From: Alphaproteobacteria bacterium
Lineage (GTDB): Bacteria > Pseudomonadota > Alphaproteobacteria > CAAHEQ01 > UBA3637
NCBI GenBank assembly: GCA_045635565.1
Contig: JAZTVX010000054.1
Location: 568 to 64,567, forward strand
DNA length: 64,000 nt
Reading direction: 5' to 3'
The position numbers and the translations under genes are program-made. Shown one piece after another: positions 27,509 through 37,843 of the stretch. Under the pieces are notes generated by a model. It worked only from the letters and a program-made list of their open reading frames with translations. It did no database searches and was not told the origin of the DNA. Positions within the stretch are counted from its first letter, which is position 1. Each line of letters begins with the position of its first letter.

Positions 27509-29053
27509 ATGTTAGTTGTATGTCCAAAATGTTTTACTCAATATGTCGTTTCTGATGAAATTCGAATTAAAAAGGGGCAAAAATTTCACTGTTCTGCCTG
27601 TCAGAACTATTTTGTTTTAACTGATTCGGTTCAGCAAAACGAATCGGAAGACACGGATATTATTCCGACGGTGTCATCAGTCATGGAAGCCGTCAATCAA
27701 CCAACTCTGCCTGCTATGGGCGTTTCTGTTTGTCCGACGACAGAACGTGTTAATCAGATAACAATAGGCAAGTCAAGTGATGAATTGTTGAATAGTGTAT
27801 CGCCCAAAGAACAATTTGCCGACACGGTAACAAGAGAACCCCGATTTGAAGAACCGTTAAATTTGTTGGCAAATGAAAGACCTAATCCGAATATTCGATT
27901 GGATGCCATACCGGAAGCCTTTCAACCGGTTAAACAAACACCTAAAAAAACATCATTTTTAGGGACGTTGTTTTGGTTGAGTGTTGTCGCCGGTATTTGT
28001 GCAACGGCTTATATGCGAAAAGATTATTTGATTGAACAGTTAGATGCTTTTATTTTAAATCAGTTGGATAAGGGAAATATTTCCAGTGTTTCGACACCCA
28101 TTCAACCCGCTCCAAAACAATCAGTACCTCAAAAAAAAGATGTTAAAAAGGAAAATATTGTTTCGGCAGGAATAAAATCTCAAGTCAATGAGTCTGGTAA
28201 ACAAGTAAAGTCATCTGTTGATGTTCAAGAGAAAGAAGTATCTGTTCAAACGATTGAACAGAAAAAACAGTCCATTGAGAAAGTCAGTCAAAAGACCGTT
28301 TCGGACATAAAAAAATTACAAACGAATACGGTTCAACCAGTGAATAAGAATGTGCAGAAAGAAAAACCGGTTGTACAAAAAGAACAAATCAAAACATCTG
28401 AACCACCAGTTCAGCAAGAAGTGGATGTTCAAGAAGTTAAAGAAGTTATTTCACCTGTTTCCACGGAGATTATACCTGCACTGACACATGATGAAAATGT
28501 TGTTGAACAGATGAAAACAATTCAATCAACTATTATTGAACAATCAGAAATAAAGCAGGTGGAAAGTGAATTTCCGACATTATCCGGTCAACTGGATTCT
28601 GTGGCTTTAACAAACCAAATAGCACAAGAATTGCCAAATGTGGATGTGACACAAGTTAATTTAGATACACCGGTTGTCTCACAACCTGAAATTGTACGAG
28701 AACAAGCCGTTATCCCGGAAACATTCGCTTCTTTAGCTGAACAATCGGCTGAAACCGTTCATAGTGCAACAAACGTGTTAGATATACGCAATATTTCGTA
28801 TATGATTGCTCCAAATGAGGTGGGTGTTATGCGTTTGTTGATAAAAGGAGAATTGGCAAATACGGAATTAACGCCTATGGTTATTCCAGAATTAAAGGCC
28901 GTTGTTTATAATGATGAAGATATGGTAATCGCTCGTAAAAGAATTATTGTATCCCAACCGAAAATAGAAGGTAATTCTGTTCAAGAGTTCTTTTCCAGTG
29001 TTGTTCCGGCTCCGGAACGTGTCAGTCGTGTGGAGGTTGTTTTTGATGAATAA
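27509..29053 (+). CDS. MJ0042-type zinc-ribbon membrane protein with a long Q/K/E/V-rich linker (DUF3426-like C-terminus)
   Basis: MLVVCPKCFTQYVVSD...FHCSACQNYF, one TM helix (LGTLFWLSVVAGICATAY), and a low-complexity middle region. Confidence 0.7.
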   Translation: MLVVCPKCFTQYVVSDEIRIKKGQKFHCSACQNYFVLTDSVQQNESEDTDIIPTVSSVMEAVNQPTLPAMGVSVCPTTERVNQITIGKSSDELLNSVSPKEQFADTVTREPRFEEPLNLLANERPNPNIRLDAIPEAFQPVKQTPKKTSFLGTLFWLSVVAGICATAYMRKDYLIEQLDAFILNQLDKGNISSVSTPIQPAPKQSVPQKKDVKKENIVSAGIKSQVNESGKQVKSSVDVQEKEVSVQTIEQKKQSIEKVSQKTVSDIKKLQTNTVQPVNKNVQKEKPVVQKEQIKTSEPPVQQEVDVQEVKEVISPVSTEIIPALTHDENVVEQMKTIQSTIIEQSEIKQVESEFPTLSGQLDSVALTNQIAQELPNVDVTQVNLDTPVVSQPEIVREQAVIPETFASLAEQSAETVHSATNVLDIRNISYMIAPNEVGVMRLLIKGELANTELTPMVIPELKAVVYNDEDMVIARKRIIVSQPKIEGNSVQEFFSSVVPAPERVSRVEVVFDE

Positions 29054-29888
29054 GATATTGCAACAAGTTAAAGGTAATAAATTTAAAACAATTTCGGCGG
29101 GGAATCATTCAAAAGCCATTGAGAGAAAATCGCTTTCTGTAGGTGCTTTTTTATCATGGATATTGTGTTTGATATCTTTTTTAAGTATTTTTCTGATTAT
29201 GTTGTTAGGTAAAGTATTTGATGCTAATGCCGATTGTCCGAAAGGAGAAACCGTTTTAAAACAACAAGGGATGAAACAAGCATTTAAAGCATTCGAAACA
29301 TGTGCTTTGGGTGAGAATGATGATACGGCACAAATTCGTTTGGCACAATATTATATCAGTCAAAAAGAACCTGCTGATAAAATGAAAGCACTTTTTTATT
29401 ATCATTTGGCTTCTGAAAACGGGAATGCCAATGCGCAGGTTTCTTTGGCAAAATTGCTATTTCAAATGCAATCAAGTTCGGAAGGACAACAAATTCTTAA
29501 GCAATACAGACAACAAATGAAAGAAATGCTTGCTTATGATGACGCGCCGTTTCAAGGAGAATTGCTGCATCCGTATGTTTTGTTGATGTTGGCTTCCGAA
29601 AATGAAAAAGAAAAATGGTATTATCCGACAACACACAAGAAAAATGCTGAAGCCGGTATTTTGTTAAAAAAATATCAGATTTCCAAAGAACAACAAACAG
29701 CATTTATTCGTCAGGCCAGTCAGTGGAAACAAAAAAAAATGCGTGAAACTGCATACGAAGTTTTTGATGTGGCCGAATACAATGATTTTATGAAGACCGT
29801 CTATCCGAGTAAGGGCAGGGCAGATGCCTATAAACGACAACAAGCCGTTGAAAAATTAAAAGAAAAAACAATTAAATATTTGAATTAA
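29046..29888 (+). CDS. Membrane-anchored Sel1/TPR-like repeat protein
   Basis: Start at MNKILQQ overlaps the upstream stop by 8 nt. TM helix followed by AQIRLAQYYISQ...ALFYYHLASENGNANAQVSLAKLL (Sel1-like). Confidence 0.6.
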   Translation: MNKILQQVKGNKFKTISAGNHSKAIERKSLSVGAFLSWILCLISFLSIFLIMLLGKVFDANADCPKGETVLKQQGMKQAFKAFETCALGENDDTAQIRLAQYYISQKEPADKMKALFYYHLASENGNANAQVSLAKLLFQMQSSSEGQQILKQYRQQMKEMLAYDDAPFQGELLHPYVLLMLASENEKEKWYYPTTHKKNAEAGILLKKYQISKEQQTAFIRQASQWKQKKMRETAYEVFDVAEYNDFMKTVYPSKGRADAYKRQQAVEKLKEKTIKYLN

Positions 29889-29899
29889 AGGAGCTTTAA

Positions 29900-31231
29900 G
29901 TGAGTAAGATTTTTATTAAAACATTTGGTTGTCAGATGAATATTTATGATTCTGCCCGTATGCGTGATGCTTTTGGTGTTATGGGATACAGCGAAACTCA
30001 AAATCCGGAAGAAGCGGAAATTTTGCTTTTAAATACTTGTCATATTCGGGAAAAAGCCTCCGAAAAATTATTTTCCGAAATTGGTCGATTGAATGAAATT
30101 AAAACAATGCGTCTTGAACAGGGGTTGAATACACTGATTATTGTTGCCGGATGTGTTGTACAGGCTGAGGGAGAAGAAATTTTGAAACGGGCTCATAGTG
30201 TTGATATTGCTGTCGGACCGCAAAATTATCATCGTTTACCGGAATTAGTTACTCATTACAATCGAAAAAACGGACGTGTTTTAGAAGCACATTTTCCGGC
30301 CGAATCAAAATTTGATTATTTACCTCAAACCAAAGCAACGTCAGCATCAGCATTTTTAGCAATACAAGAAGGATGTGATAATTTTTGTTCTTATTGTGTT
30401 GTACCGTATACAAGAGGGTGTGAATATTCCCGTTCTGCTGATGAAATTCTTTCGGAAGCCCGTGATTTGGTAAAAAGTGGGGCAAAAGAAATCATGTTGT
30501 TAGGACAAAATGTGAATTGTTGGCACGGAAGCGGAGCAACGGATTTAGGAGATTTAATTCGTCAGGTTGCTCAAATTGACGGATTGGAGCGAATTCGTTA
30601 TACGACATCGTATCCTTCAAAAATTACGGAAAATTTGGTTCAGGCACATGCTGATGTTGAAAAGTTAATGCCGTATATTCATTTGCCGATTCAATCCGGT
30701 AGTAATCGGATTTTAAAAGCGATGAATCGTCAATATACGGCAGAAGAATATATCGATATTATTCATCGGTTCAGAAATGCTCGACCTGATATTGCCGTTT
30801 CGTCGGATTTTATTGTCGGGTTTCCTGGTGAAACAGATGAAGATTTTGAAGAAACAATGTCGGTGGTTCGTCAGGTTGGTTACGGTTCGTCATATTCATT
30901 TAAATATAGCCCCAGACCGGGAACACCGGCTGCGTTGATGAAAAATCAAGTGCCCGAAGCCGTCAAAACAGAACGATTATTACGGTTGCAGACATTATTA
31001 TTAGAACAGCAAAAGAAAGCATATGAATCCATGGTTGGAAAAACGGTGTCTGTACTGTTGACGGAAAGAGGTAAAAAAGAAGGTCAGTTAGTCGGTTATA
31101 CGCCGTATTTGCAAACGACACACGTTAATGCTTCGCCAGATTTATTGAATCAAATTGTTTCGTTAAAAATTACAAAGGCAAGTGCAACCTCCTTGTCAAG
31201 TGAGTTGGCTTGTGCTACAATAGAAGAATAG
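29900..31231 (+). CDS. miaB: tRNA-2-methylthio-N6-dimethylallyladenosine synthase
   Basis: GTG start after AAGGAG. FIKTFGCQMNIYDS and radical-SAM CDNFCSYC, with a TRAM-like C-terminus. Confidence 0.9.
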   Translation: MSKIFIKTFGCQMNIYDSARMRDAFGVMGYSETQNPEEAEILLLNTCHIREKASEKLFSEIGRLNEIKTMRLEQGLNTLIIVAGCVVQAEGEEILKRAHSVDIAVGPQNYHRLPELVTHYNRKNGRVLEAHFPAESKFDYLPQTKATSASAFLAIQEGCDNFCSYCVVPYTRGCEYSRSADEILSEARDLVKSGAKEIMLLGQNVNCWHGSGATDLGDLIRQVAQIDGLERIRYTTSYPSKITENLVQAHADVEKLMPYIHLPIQSGSNRILKAMNRQYTAEEYIDIIHRFRNARPDIAVSSDFIVGFPGETDEDFEETMSVVRQVGYGSSYSFKYSPRPGTPAALMKNQVPEAVKTERLLRLQTLLLEQQKKAYESMVGKTVSVLLTERGKKEGQLVGYTPYLQTTHVNASPDLLNQIVSLKITKASATSLSSELACATIEE

Positions 31232-31248
31232 GATAAACAGAAAGGGGA

Positions 31249-31962
31249 ATGGATATGACAGATAAAGGAACATATGTCGCTTCGGAATTGACGTTGCGTA
31301 CTAAAAAAAGACACATCAATCCACGTACGGAAACACAAGGTGTTTTTATTGAAGCGATGAATAAACATGAAATGGTTTTTGGTTTAGGACCTGCCGGAAC
31401 AGGTAAAACATTTTTGGCTGTTGCCAAAGCTGTTTCTGAAATGTTGGAAGGAAAAGTTGATCGAATTATTTTAACTCGTCCTGCTGTTGAAGCCGGTGAA
31501 AATCTTGGTTTTTTGCCTGGTAATTTGAAAGATAAGATTGATCCGTACTTGCGTCCGTTATATGATGCTTTGTATGATATGTTACCATCTGACATTGTTG
31601 ATAAAAAATTGGAAAGTGGTGAAATTGAAATTGCTCCATTGGCTTATATGCGTGGTCGGACGTTAAGTCATTCCGTTGTTATTTTGGATGAAGCACAAAA
31701 CACGACAGCTATGCAAATGAAAATGTTTTTGACACGGTTGGGAGAAGGTTCCAGAATGATTATCAACGGTGACTTGACACAAACTGATTTGCCGAGAGGT
31801 GTTAAATCCGGATTGCTTGATGCTATTCACACATTAAAAAACGTTCCAGAAATTGCATTTGTGACTTTTTCGGAAAAGGATGTTGTCAGACATGGATTAG
31901 TTTCCAAAATTGTTAAAGCATATGAAATGGCAAAAAAGGCGGAAGAAGATTATCATGCCTGA
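31249..31962 (+). CDS. phoH: PhoH-like ATPase (short form, ATPase core only)
   Basis: Walker [13 protein letters not shown] and ILDEAQN. In the miaB-phoH-ybeY order. Confidence 0.85.
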   Translation: MDMTDKGTYVASELTLRTKKRHINPRTETQGVFIEAMNKHEMVFGLGPAGTGKTFLAVAKAVSEMLEGKVDRIILTRPAVEAGENLGFLPGNLKDKIDPYLRPLYDALYDMLPSDIVDKKLESGEIEIAPLAYMRGRTLSHSVVILDEAQNTTAMQMKMFLTRLGEGSRMIINGDLTQTDLPRGVKSGLLDAIHTLKNVPEIAFVTFSEKDVVRHGLVSKIVKAYEMAKKAEEDYHA

Positions 31963-32419
31963 TATACAAGTTCAAATCAACGATAAACGGTATTATCGGC
32001 GTGTAAAAGGTATTCGCTTGTTTTGTCAGAAAATTATTGCTCACGTTTGGCATGACTATGAGCCTGCCGAAATTTCACTTGTTTTGGCAGATAATCAGTT
32101 TGTTTGGGAGTTAAATAAGCAATATCGGAATAAAGATTGTCCGACGAATGTTTTATCTTTTGAAACAGGACTTCGACCACAAGGAAATATGCCTTGGGTT
32201 GCCGGTGATATCATTGTTGCTTATGAAACCGTCATGCAGGAGGCCAAAGCACAAGATAAAACTTTTGAGGCACATTTAGCACATTTGTTGATACACGGAA
32301 CATTACATTTGCAAGGATATGACCATATTGATATGAAAGATGCCCGAAAAATGGAAGCCTTGGAAACAACATATATGCTGGAACTTGGCTATGAAGACCC
32401 TTATAAGGATCTTGAATAG
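31955..32419 (+). CDS. ybeY: rRNA maturation endoribonuclease YbeY
   Basis: [15 protein letters not shown] zinc motif. Start at MPDIQVQ overlaps the phoH stop by 8 nt. Confidence 0.9.
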   Translation: MPDIQVQINDKRYYRRVKGIRLFCQKIIAHVWHDYEPAEISLVLADNQFVWELNKQYRNKDCPTNVLSFETGLRPQGNMPWVAGDIIVAYETVMQEAKAQDKTFEAHLAHLLIHGTLHLQGYDHIDMKDARKMEALETTYMLELGYEDPYKDLE

Positions 32420-32496
32420 TTGTGTGCTGTTAAGGAATAAAGGAAAGGAAGCAATTAAATTTGTTTTTGAATGAATCTTGATGAGAAGTAATCTAT

Positions 32497-33699
32497 ATGA
32501 AAATATTAACGTTTGGGTGTCGTTTAAATACATTTGAATCAGCAATGATAAATAAAATCGGTCATGGCTTGGATAATGTGATACTTGTTAATACATGTGC
32601 CGTTACGGGGGAGGCCGAACGGCAATGTCGTCAGGCTATTCGTAAAGCACATCGTGAATTCCCCGATATGAAAATTATTGTTACGGGGTGTGGGGCTCAA
32701 CTGCATCCGGAAGTTTATGCTACTATGCCGGAAGTGACGCGGGTATTGGGCAATCGTGAAAAACTGTTACCAGAAGCCCTTTTTTCGCAAGAAAAAGTTT
32801 TAGTTGGCGATATCGATGTTTCGGCTCCATGGGACTTGCCGATTGTAACGGATTTTGACGGTCGTGTTCGTGCCTTTTTGCAAATACAACAAGGATGTAA
32901 TCATGCTTGCACGTTTTGTATTGTTCGGAAAGCACGTGGACGAAATGTTGGGATTGAGCCTGTTAAAGTCATCGAACAGGCACGTTGTTTTGTGGAAAAT
33001 GGTTTTGGTGAAATAGTATTGACAGGCGTGGATATTACTTCTTATCCATATGGTTTTAATGCCCTTATTCGTCGTTTATTAACAGAAGTACCCGATTTAA
33101 AAAGATTACGGCTGGGATCATTGGACCCTGCTTGTATCGATGATGAATTGATTGATTTATTTCAAACGTTTCCCGCATTGATGCCTCATCTTCATTTGTC
33201 CGTTCAAGCGGGTGATGATTTAGTGTTAAAGCGGATGGCTCGTCGCCATACACGGACACAGGTTATTGAATTGTGTCGTAAATTACGACGTGTATGTCCG
33301 GATATTGTTTTTGGTGCTGATATTATTACCGGATTTCCGACGGAAACAGAGGCACAATTTATCAATACAATGAGAATGGTTGAAGAAGCGGATATAGCCT
33401 TATTGCATGTCTTCCCATATTCTGTTCGACCTGATACGCCGGCTGCTAAAATGCCGATGGTTGATGTTGGTGTACGAAAAGAACGGGCGTTGCGATTAAG
33501 AATGTTAGGACATCAATTGGAAATAAAGCAACTAGATGCTACTATCGGTCAAACACGGTCGGTTTTGATTGAACAAGAAGGACAGGGATACACGGATAAT
33601 TATTTAAAAGTCAATATTCCGTCAGCTAAGAACATCGGTGAAATTTTATCTGTTAAAATCATACAAAGGAGAGAAAATGAATTGGTTGGAGAAACTTAA
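32497..33699 (+). CDS. mtaB: MiaB-like tRNA methylthiotransferase (MtaB type)
   Basis: ILTFGCRLNTFES and radical-SAM CNHACTFC. 400 aa without a MiaB-type C-terminus. Confidence 0.75.
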   Translation: MKILTFGCRLNTFESAMINKIGHGLDNVILVNTCAVTGEAERQCRQAIRKAHREFPDMKIIVTGCGAQLHPEVYATMPEVTRVLGNREKLLPEALFSQEKVLVGDIDVSAPWDLPIVTDFDGRVRAFLQIQQGCNHACTFCIVRKARGRNVGIEPVKVIEQARCFVENGFGEIVLTGVDITSYPYGFNALIRRLLTEVPDLKRLRLGSLDPACIDDELIDLFQTFPALMPHLHLSVQAGDDLVLKRMARRHTRTQVIELCRKLRRVCPDIVFGADIITGFPTETEAQFINTMRMVEEADIALLHVFPYSVRPDTPAAKMPMVDVGVRKERALRLRMLGHQLEIKQLDATIGQTRSVLIEQEGQGYTDNYLKVNIPSAKNIGEILSVKIIQRRENELVGET

Positions 33700-34552
33700 A
33701 TTTGGTCTCAAAAAAACGGCACGCATCTTATCCGGCGTCAAAATGGATATGTCTTCTTTGGAAGCAATAGAAGAGTCTTTGTTGCAGGCAGATGTTGGGG
33801 TTAGTACGACAATGCAATTGATTGATGAATTGAAAATCCGTCATCCGAAAGATGAACACGAAACACGTCAAATCATTCGTGAAAAATTGTTGGAAAAATT
33901 GACACCGAGTGAACAACCGTTAATTATTGAAACTACGCACAAACCATATATTATTTTAATGATTGGCGTAAATGGTGCCGGTAAAACGACAACCATTGGT
34001 AAGATGGGTATGCAGTACAAAAAACAAGGATATCGTTTGTCCTTAGTTGCTGGAGATACATTTCGAGCCGGTGCAACGGAACAATTACAACAATGGGGTG
34101 AAAAAATTGGTTGTCCGGTGTATGCAAATCCGAATACTGATTCGGCCGGACTTATTTTTGATGCGATTAAAAATGCTCAAAAATCACAAGATGATATCTT
34201 ATTGATTGACACGGCTGGACGATTGCATAACCGATCTGATTTAATGGCAGAACTAAGTAAAATTGTCCGTGTCATACAAAAATGTGATGTAACGGCTCCA
34301 CATGCCGGTGTTTTGGTGTTAGATGCAACCGTTGGACAAAATGCGTTGGCTCAAGTTGAAACTTTTTCAAAAATGACCAAAGTAACCGGTTTGATTATGA
34401 CAAAATTAGATGGTACGGCTAAAGGTGGTATTTTATTAGCATTATCCGATAAATTCGGTTTACCGATACATGCTATTGGTATTGGTGAACAAATAGAAGA
34501 TCTTAATACGTTTAAAGCAACGGATTATGTTGAAGCATTGTTAGGAGAATAA
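33677..34552 (+). CDS. ftsY: Signal recognition particle receptor FtsY (short form)
   Basis: SD AAAGGAGAG. GVNGAGKTTTIGK, DTAGR and TKLDGTAKGG motifs. Confidence 0.9.
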   Translation: MNWLEKLKFGLKKTARILSGVKMDMSSLEAIEESLLQADVGVSTTMQLIDELKIRHPKDEHETRQIIREKLLEKLTPSEQPLIIETTHKPYIILMIGVNGAGKTTTIGKMGMQYKKQGYRLSLVAGDTFRAGATEQLQQWGEKIGCPVYANPNTDSAGLIFDAIKNAQKSQDDILLIDTAGRLHNRSDLMAELSKIVRVIQKCDVTAPHAGVLVLDATVGQNALAQVETFSKMTKVTGLIMTKLDGTAKGGILLALSDKFGLPIHAIGIGEQIEDLNTFKATDYVEALLGE

Positions 34553-34560
34553 AAAGTAAA

Positions 34561-37341
34561 ATGGGTTTATTTAAAAAGATATTTGTAACTGCTTCTCAAA
34601 TGCCGGCTTTTCAAATCAGTCTGTTGTTTTTTATTATGTTTTTGGCAATTGTTAAATCAACGGCGTTGACATTTTTAGATGTTAGTGCCGTTCATTTTAT
34701 GTTGACTGAAACGTCACGTCGGGCGTTAGGCGTTGATTTAATAGCCGTTTCAATATTATTGGGTTTCGTTGGTTATAAAACACGTTTGTTGTACCGTCGA
34801 AAAGGGTATGGCTCATTTGTTTTAATGACAATGCTGATATTGACTCTCATTGCTATTATTGGTTTAATTGAATATCCGTTTCCTGAAATTTACAATATTC
34901 TTTTTATTTTAAAATATGCTTTCTTTTTGCTGGTTAATGCTGTTTTTTGGTCTGTGTGCAGTCGTTTCTTTATGTTAATGACAACATCATTCAAATTTAT
35001 TTTTCTGCTGATTTCTGAAAGCATTGGTTATATTTTAGGTGGCAGTTTGATTTGGTTTGGCAGTATCGGAGCATACGGTTTATTGTATTACAGTGTCGCA
35101 TTATTGATTGTTTTGTATGCCGGCATATACGTTTTAACTCAAATGAAGCCTGTTGCCAAAGAAGTTTTTATTAAGCCGGTTGGTGAAGCACAGGATTTTA
35201 CCGAACAAAAAATGGTTCGGACGGTGTTAATGTTTAGTTTTTTTCTGATGACCGCTTTTTGTATTATGAATTATATTTTTTATACGGAAACAGTTTTAAT
35301 TTATCAGGGTAAAGAAATTTTAAAACGCATGGCTTTGTGGTGGGGATTATTTGGATTAGCGGAATGTGTTTTATCGTTAACATTACTTCGTCAACGGTTT
35401 TTTTATTTGCTGTCCGGTAATATGACATTGACGGCCGTTACAATGGTTTTAATGGCTTTGGGTGTTTTTTATCACAATTATTATATGGTTTTCAGCGCAT
35501 TTTTGGTGGTATCTGTCATTTTATACATGCATTATCTCGGATTTGTGGATATTTTATTGAAAACTTTGCGTGTGAGTGGTAATCATAGCATCAATTTAAA
35601 ACGAGTTTTTTTGATTGAACCGACGGGATTTATGTTAGGTGGTATTATGGTGTATCATCTGTCATCATTATTGGATTTATCATATGTTTTATTGATTTTA
35701 AGTGTTGTTTCGTTTTGTTTATTGATAAGTTCTTTTTATTTTTATGCCAATGTATTACTCAAATCCATGCGATTACGGGAATGGCGTTCGGCTTCCCTTG
35801 TTTTTGCATCACAACGGGTTTTTGATTACATTAAAAAGGAGTTACCAACTGTATCACCGGATGAAGTTATTTACTTTTTACGAGTGTTGGAAATTTCACA
35901 ACATCCGATTTACATGAAAACCGTTTTAAAATCGTTAAAACATACGTCGGAAAAAGTGCGTTTTTTTGCACTGGACTGCATCCGTCACACTTCAGATTTA
36001 AGTCGCTATCAATCAACGGTTCAATTCATTTTTAATACGGATGCGTCCGTTTCTGTTCGTCGGCAAGCATTGGCTATCTTGATACAAATTGCCGAACAAA
36101 AAGAAGATACACAGTTACTGGATTCATATGCTGTTTATTTAGATAATCCTTCATTGAGAAGTGGGGCGATGATCGGTTTTTTAACAGCTGGGGGCAATCA
36201 TGCCTTATTGGCGATGGATGGATTGCAACAAATGTCAACCAGCAATAAAACCAGCGATAAGTTATTGGCGTTGCAGGTTATGAAGGAGGCCCCATCTTCC
36301 GGTTTGATACGGTTGTTAATGCCTCTTTTAAAAAACAGAGATATGCAAATTGCACCGGAAGCCATGAAAATTGCCGGTTTGATTAAACATGCCGAATCCT
36401 TACCGTTTATTTTATCTGCCATTGATGATATTGAATTACAGGAAAATGCACTGGTTGCGTTAAAAATGTTTGGTGTTCAGTCATATCCGTTGATTGAAAG
36501 AACTCTCCATAACATCGAAACAAGTGCTTTTCGTCAAAAAGTCTTGATTTTGTTTTTAACGATGCAAGATGATGTGGAAAGTAAGCAGGTGTTATTGCGT
36601 GCGTTGAAAATTGGTAATCAAAAATTACGAAAAGCCATTATACGGGGCATGATTGATACAGATGTATTTTGGACGCATAAAAGCAAGTATTCGTTATTGA
36701 AAAAAGGGATTGAAGCCGATTTTCAACGAATTGTTTTTTTTGAACAGTTTTTAAAAAAATACAAACATTCTCCATTACCACAGGCACAAGATGCTTTCGC
36801 TTTTTTAATCAGGGCTATAACAGAAGATATCGAAGAAACACGTCAACTTATTTTTTATCAATTATTGTTATTGAATCGTAGTAAATTGTTCACGAAAGCT
36901 GTTCGTATTTTGTTGAGTGAAAATGAACCCGTTTATCCGATAGCGCTCGGTACATTACAAGATTTGTTACGCAAAGATTTGTATAAAATTATTGAGCAGG
37001 TTACATGTTTTTCATTAGAAAATCAAAAAGAGGTAATTTCATCATCTGTACCGGTTGATGAAGCCGTTGAGGATTTGTGTCAGTTGTTTTTAAAACCGTC
37101 ATTTCCTTTAGCACCGTGGATACAAGCCAACATTTTAAACTGTTTGCGAAAATTAGGCCATGTTAATGGTATGCGGGCCGTTTTGGTTGGTTTAAAAAGT
37201 CATAATGCTTTGGTTATGGAAGCATCAGTTGAAGCCTTATGTCGTTTAGAAGAAAATCAGGAAAACTTAAATAAAATTCTCCTGACTGTTCCGACAAGCA
37301 TTTTGGTAACGCTTAATTTAGATTCTTTATTAAAACAATAG
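34561..37341 (+). CDS. Fusion protein: transporter-like domain of about 12 TM helices (possibly TLC/NTT- or MFS-like) plus a C-terminal HEAT/ARM-repeat domain of about 500 aa
   Basis: About 12 hydrophobic helices fall in the first roughly 400 aa. Repeated helical-pair motifs follow (EKVRFFALDCIRH, VSVRRQALAILIQIAE, PSLRSGAMIGFL, ALVMEASVEALCRLEE). Confidence 0.65.
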   Translation: MGLFKKIFVTASQMPAFQISLLFFIMFLAIVKSTALTFLDVSAVHFMLTETSRRALGVDLIAVSILLGFVGYKTRLLYRRKGYGSFVLMTMLILTLIAIIGLIEYPFPEIYNILFILKYAFFLLVNAVFWSVCSRFFMLMTTSFKFIFLLISESIGYILGGSLIWFGSIGAYGLLYYSVALLIVLYAGIYVLTQMKPVAKEVFIKPVGEAQDFTEQKMVRTVLMFSFFLMTAFCIMNYIFYTETVLIYQGKEILKRMALWWGLFGLAECVLSLTLLRQRFFYLLSGNMTLTAVTMVLMALGVFYHNYYMVFSAFLVVSVILYMHYLGFVDILLKTLRVSGNHSINLKRVFLIEPTGFMLGGIMVYHLSSLLDLSYVLLILSVVSFCLLISSFYFYANVLLKSMRLREWRSASLVFASQRVFDYIKKELPTVSPDEVIYFLRVLEISQHPIYMKTVLKSLKHTSEKVRFFALDCIRHTSDLSRYQSTVQFIFNTDASVSVRRQALAILIQIAEQKEDTQLLDSYAVYLDNPSLRSGAMIGFLTAGGNHALLAMDGLQQMSTSNKTSDKLLALQVMKEAPSSGLIRLLMPLLKNRDMQIAPEAMKIAGLIKHAESLPFILSAIDDIELQENALVALKMFGVQSYPLIERTLHNIETSAFRQKVLILFLTMQDDVESKQVLLRALKIGNQKLRKAIIRGMIDTDVFWTHKSKYSLLKKGIEADFQRIVFFEQFLKKYKHSPLPQAQDAFAFLIRAITEDIEETRQLIFYQLLLLNRSKLFTKAVRILLSENEPVYPIALGTLQDLLRKDLYKIIEQVTCFSLENQKEVISSSVPVDEAVEDLCQLFLKPSFPLAPWIQANILNCLRKLGHVNGMRAVLVGLKSHNALVMEASVEALCRLEENQENLNKILLTVPTSILVTLNLDSLLKQ

Positions 37342-37350
37342 GAGAAGTTA

Positions 37351-37773
37351 ATGTCAAATACATTTGATAAAGTTTTAATTTTAAAAAATATTTCGTTGTT
37401 TGAAGGGGCTTCCGAAATGGCATTGTCTGATTTAATTTCCGTTTCCGAAGAAAAGACATACAAAGCCGGTGAAGAATTATTGAAAAAAGATGTGGAAAAT
37501 TCCCATTTATACATTGTGTTGTCCGGTAACATTTATTGTACGGATAAGGATGGAACGGTAACCGAATTAGGGGCACGTCAATTTTTTGGTGAAACGACAG
37601 TATTTAGTCCGGCCGTTATTCCTTTTTCTGTAAAGGCTAGTGAACGGACAAGTGTTTTAAGGATTAGTTCTAATCGACTGTATCATATGATTTCATTACA
37701 TCCCTCCATTGCCAGAGGTTTTATTGGAGAATTATCCAAGAGATTACAACGAGGTTATATCAGAAATATTTAA
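37351..37773 (+). CDS. Stand-alone cyclic-nucleotide-binding domain protein
   Basis: SD GGAGAAG. LKNISLFEG..., FFGETTVFS...RTSVLRISS phosphate-binding-cassette-like segment. 140 aa. Confidence 0.7.
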   Translation: MSNTFDKVLILKNISLFEGASEMALSDLISVSEEKTYKAGEELLKKDVENSHLYIVLSGNIYCTDKDGTVTELGARQFFGETTVFSPAVIPFSVKASERTSVLRISSNRLYHMISLHPSIARGFIGELSKRLQRGYIRNI

Positions 37774-37843
37774 AAATAGTGATTGCTTTTTCGAAAAAAA
37801 GAAACTATCATACGTATAACCATTATTAAAAAAGGAGAAAAAT

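Noticed and set aside
29735-29750. A9 homopolymer inside the Sel1-like gene as a phase-variation switch
   Set aside because: Homopolymers of 8-10 nt are common throughout this AT-rich window (terminators and other CDSs), and a single sequence gives no evidence of length variation.
31215-31595. 126-aa minus-strand ORF overlapping the phoH start
   Set aside because: It is antisense to the conserved PhoH Walker A region, and the phoH frame is clearly the real one.
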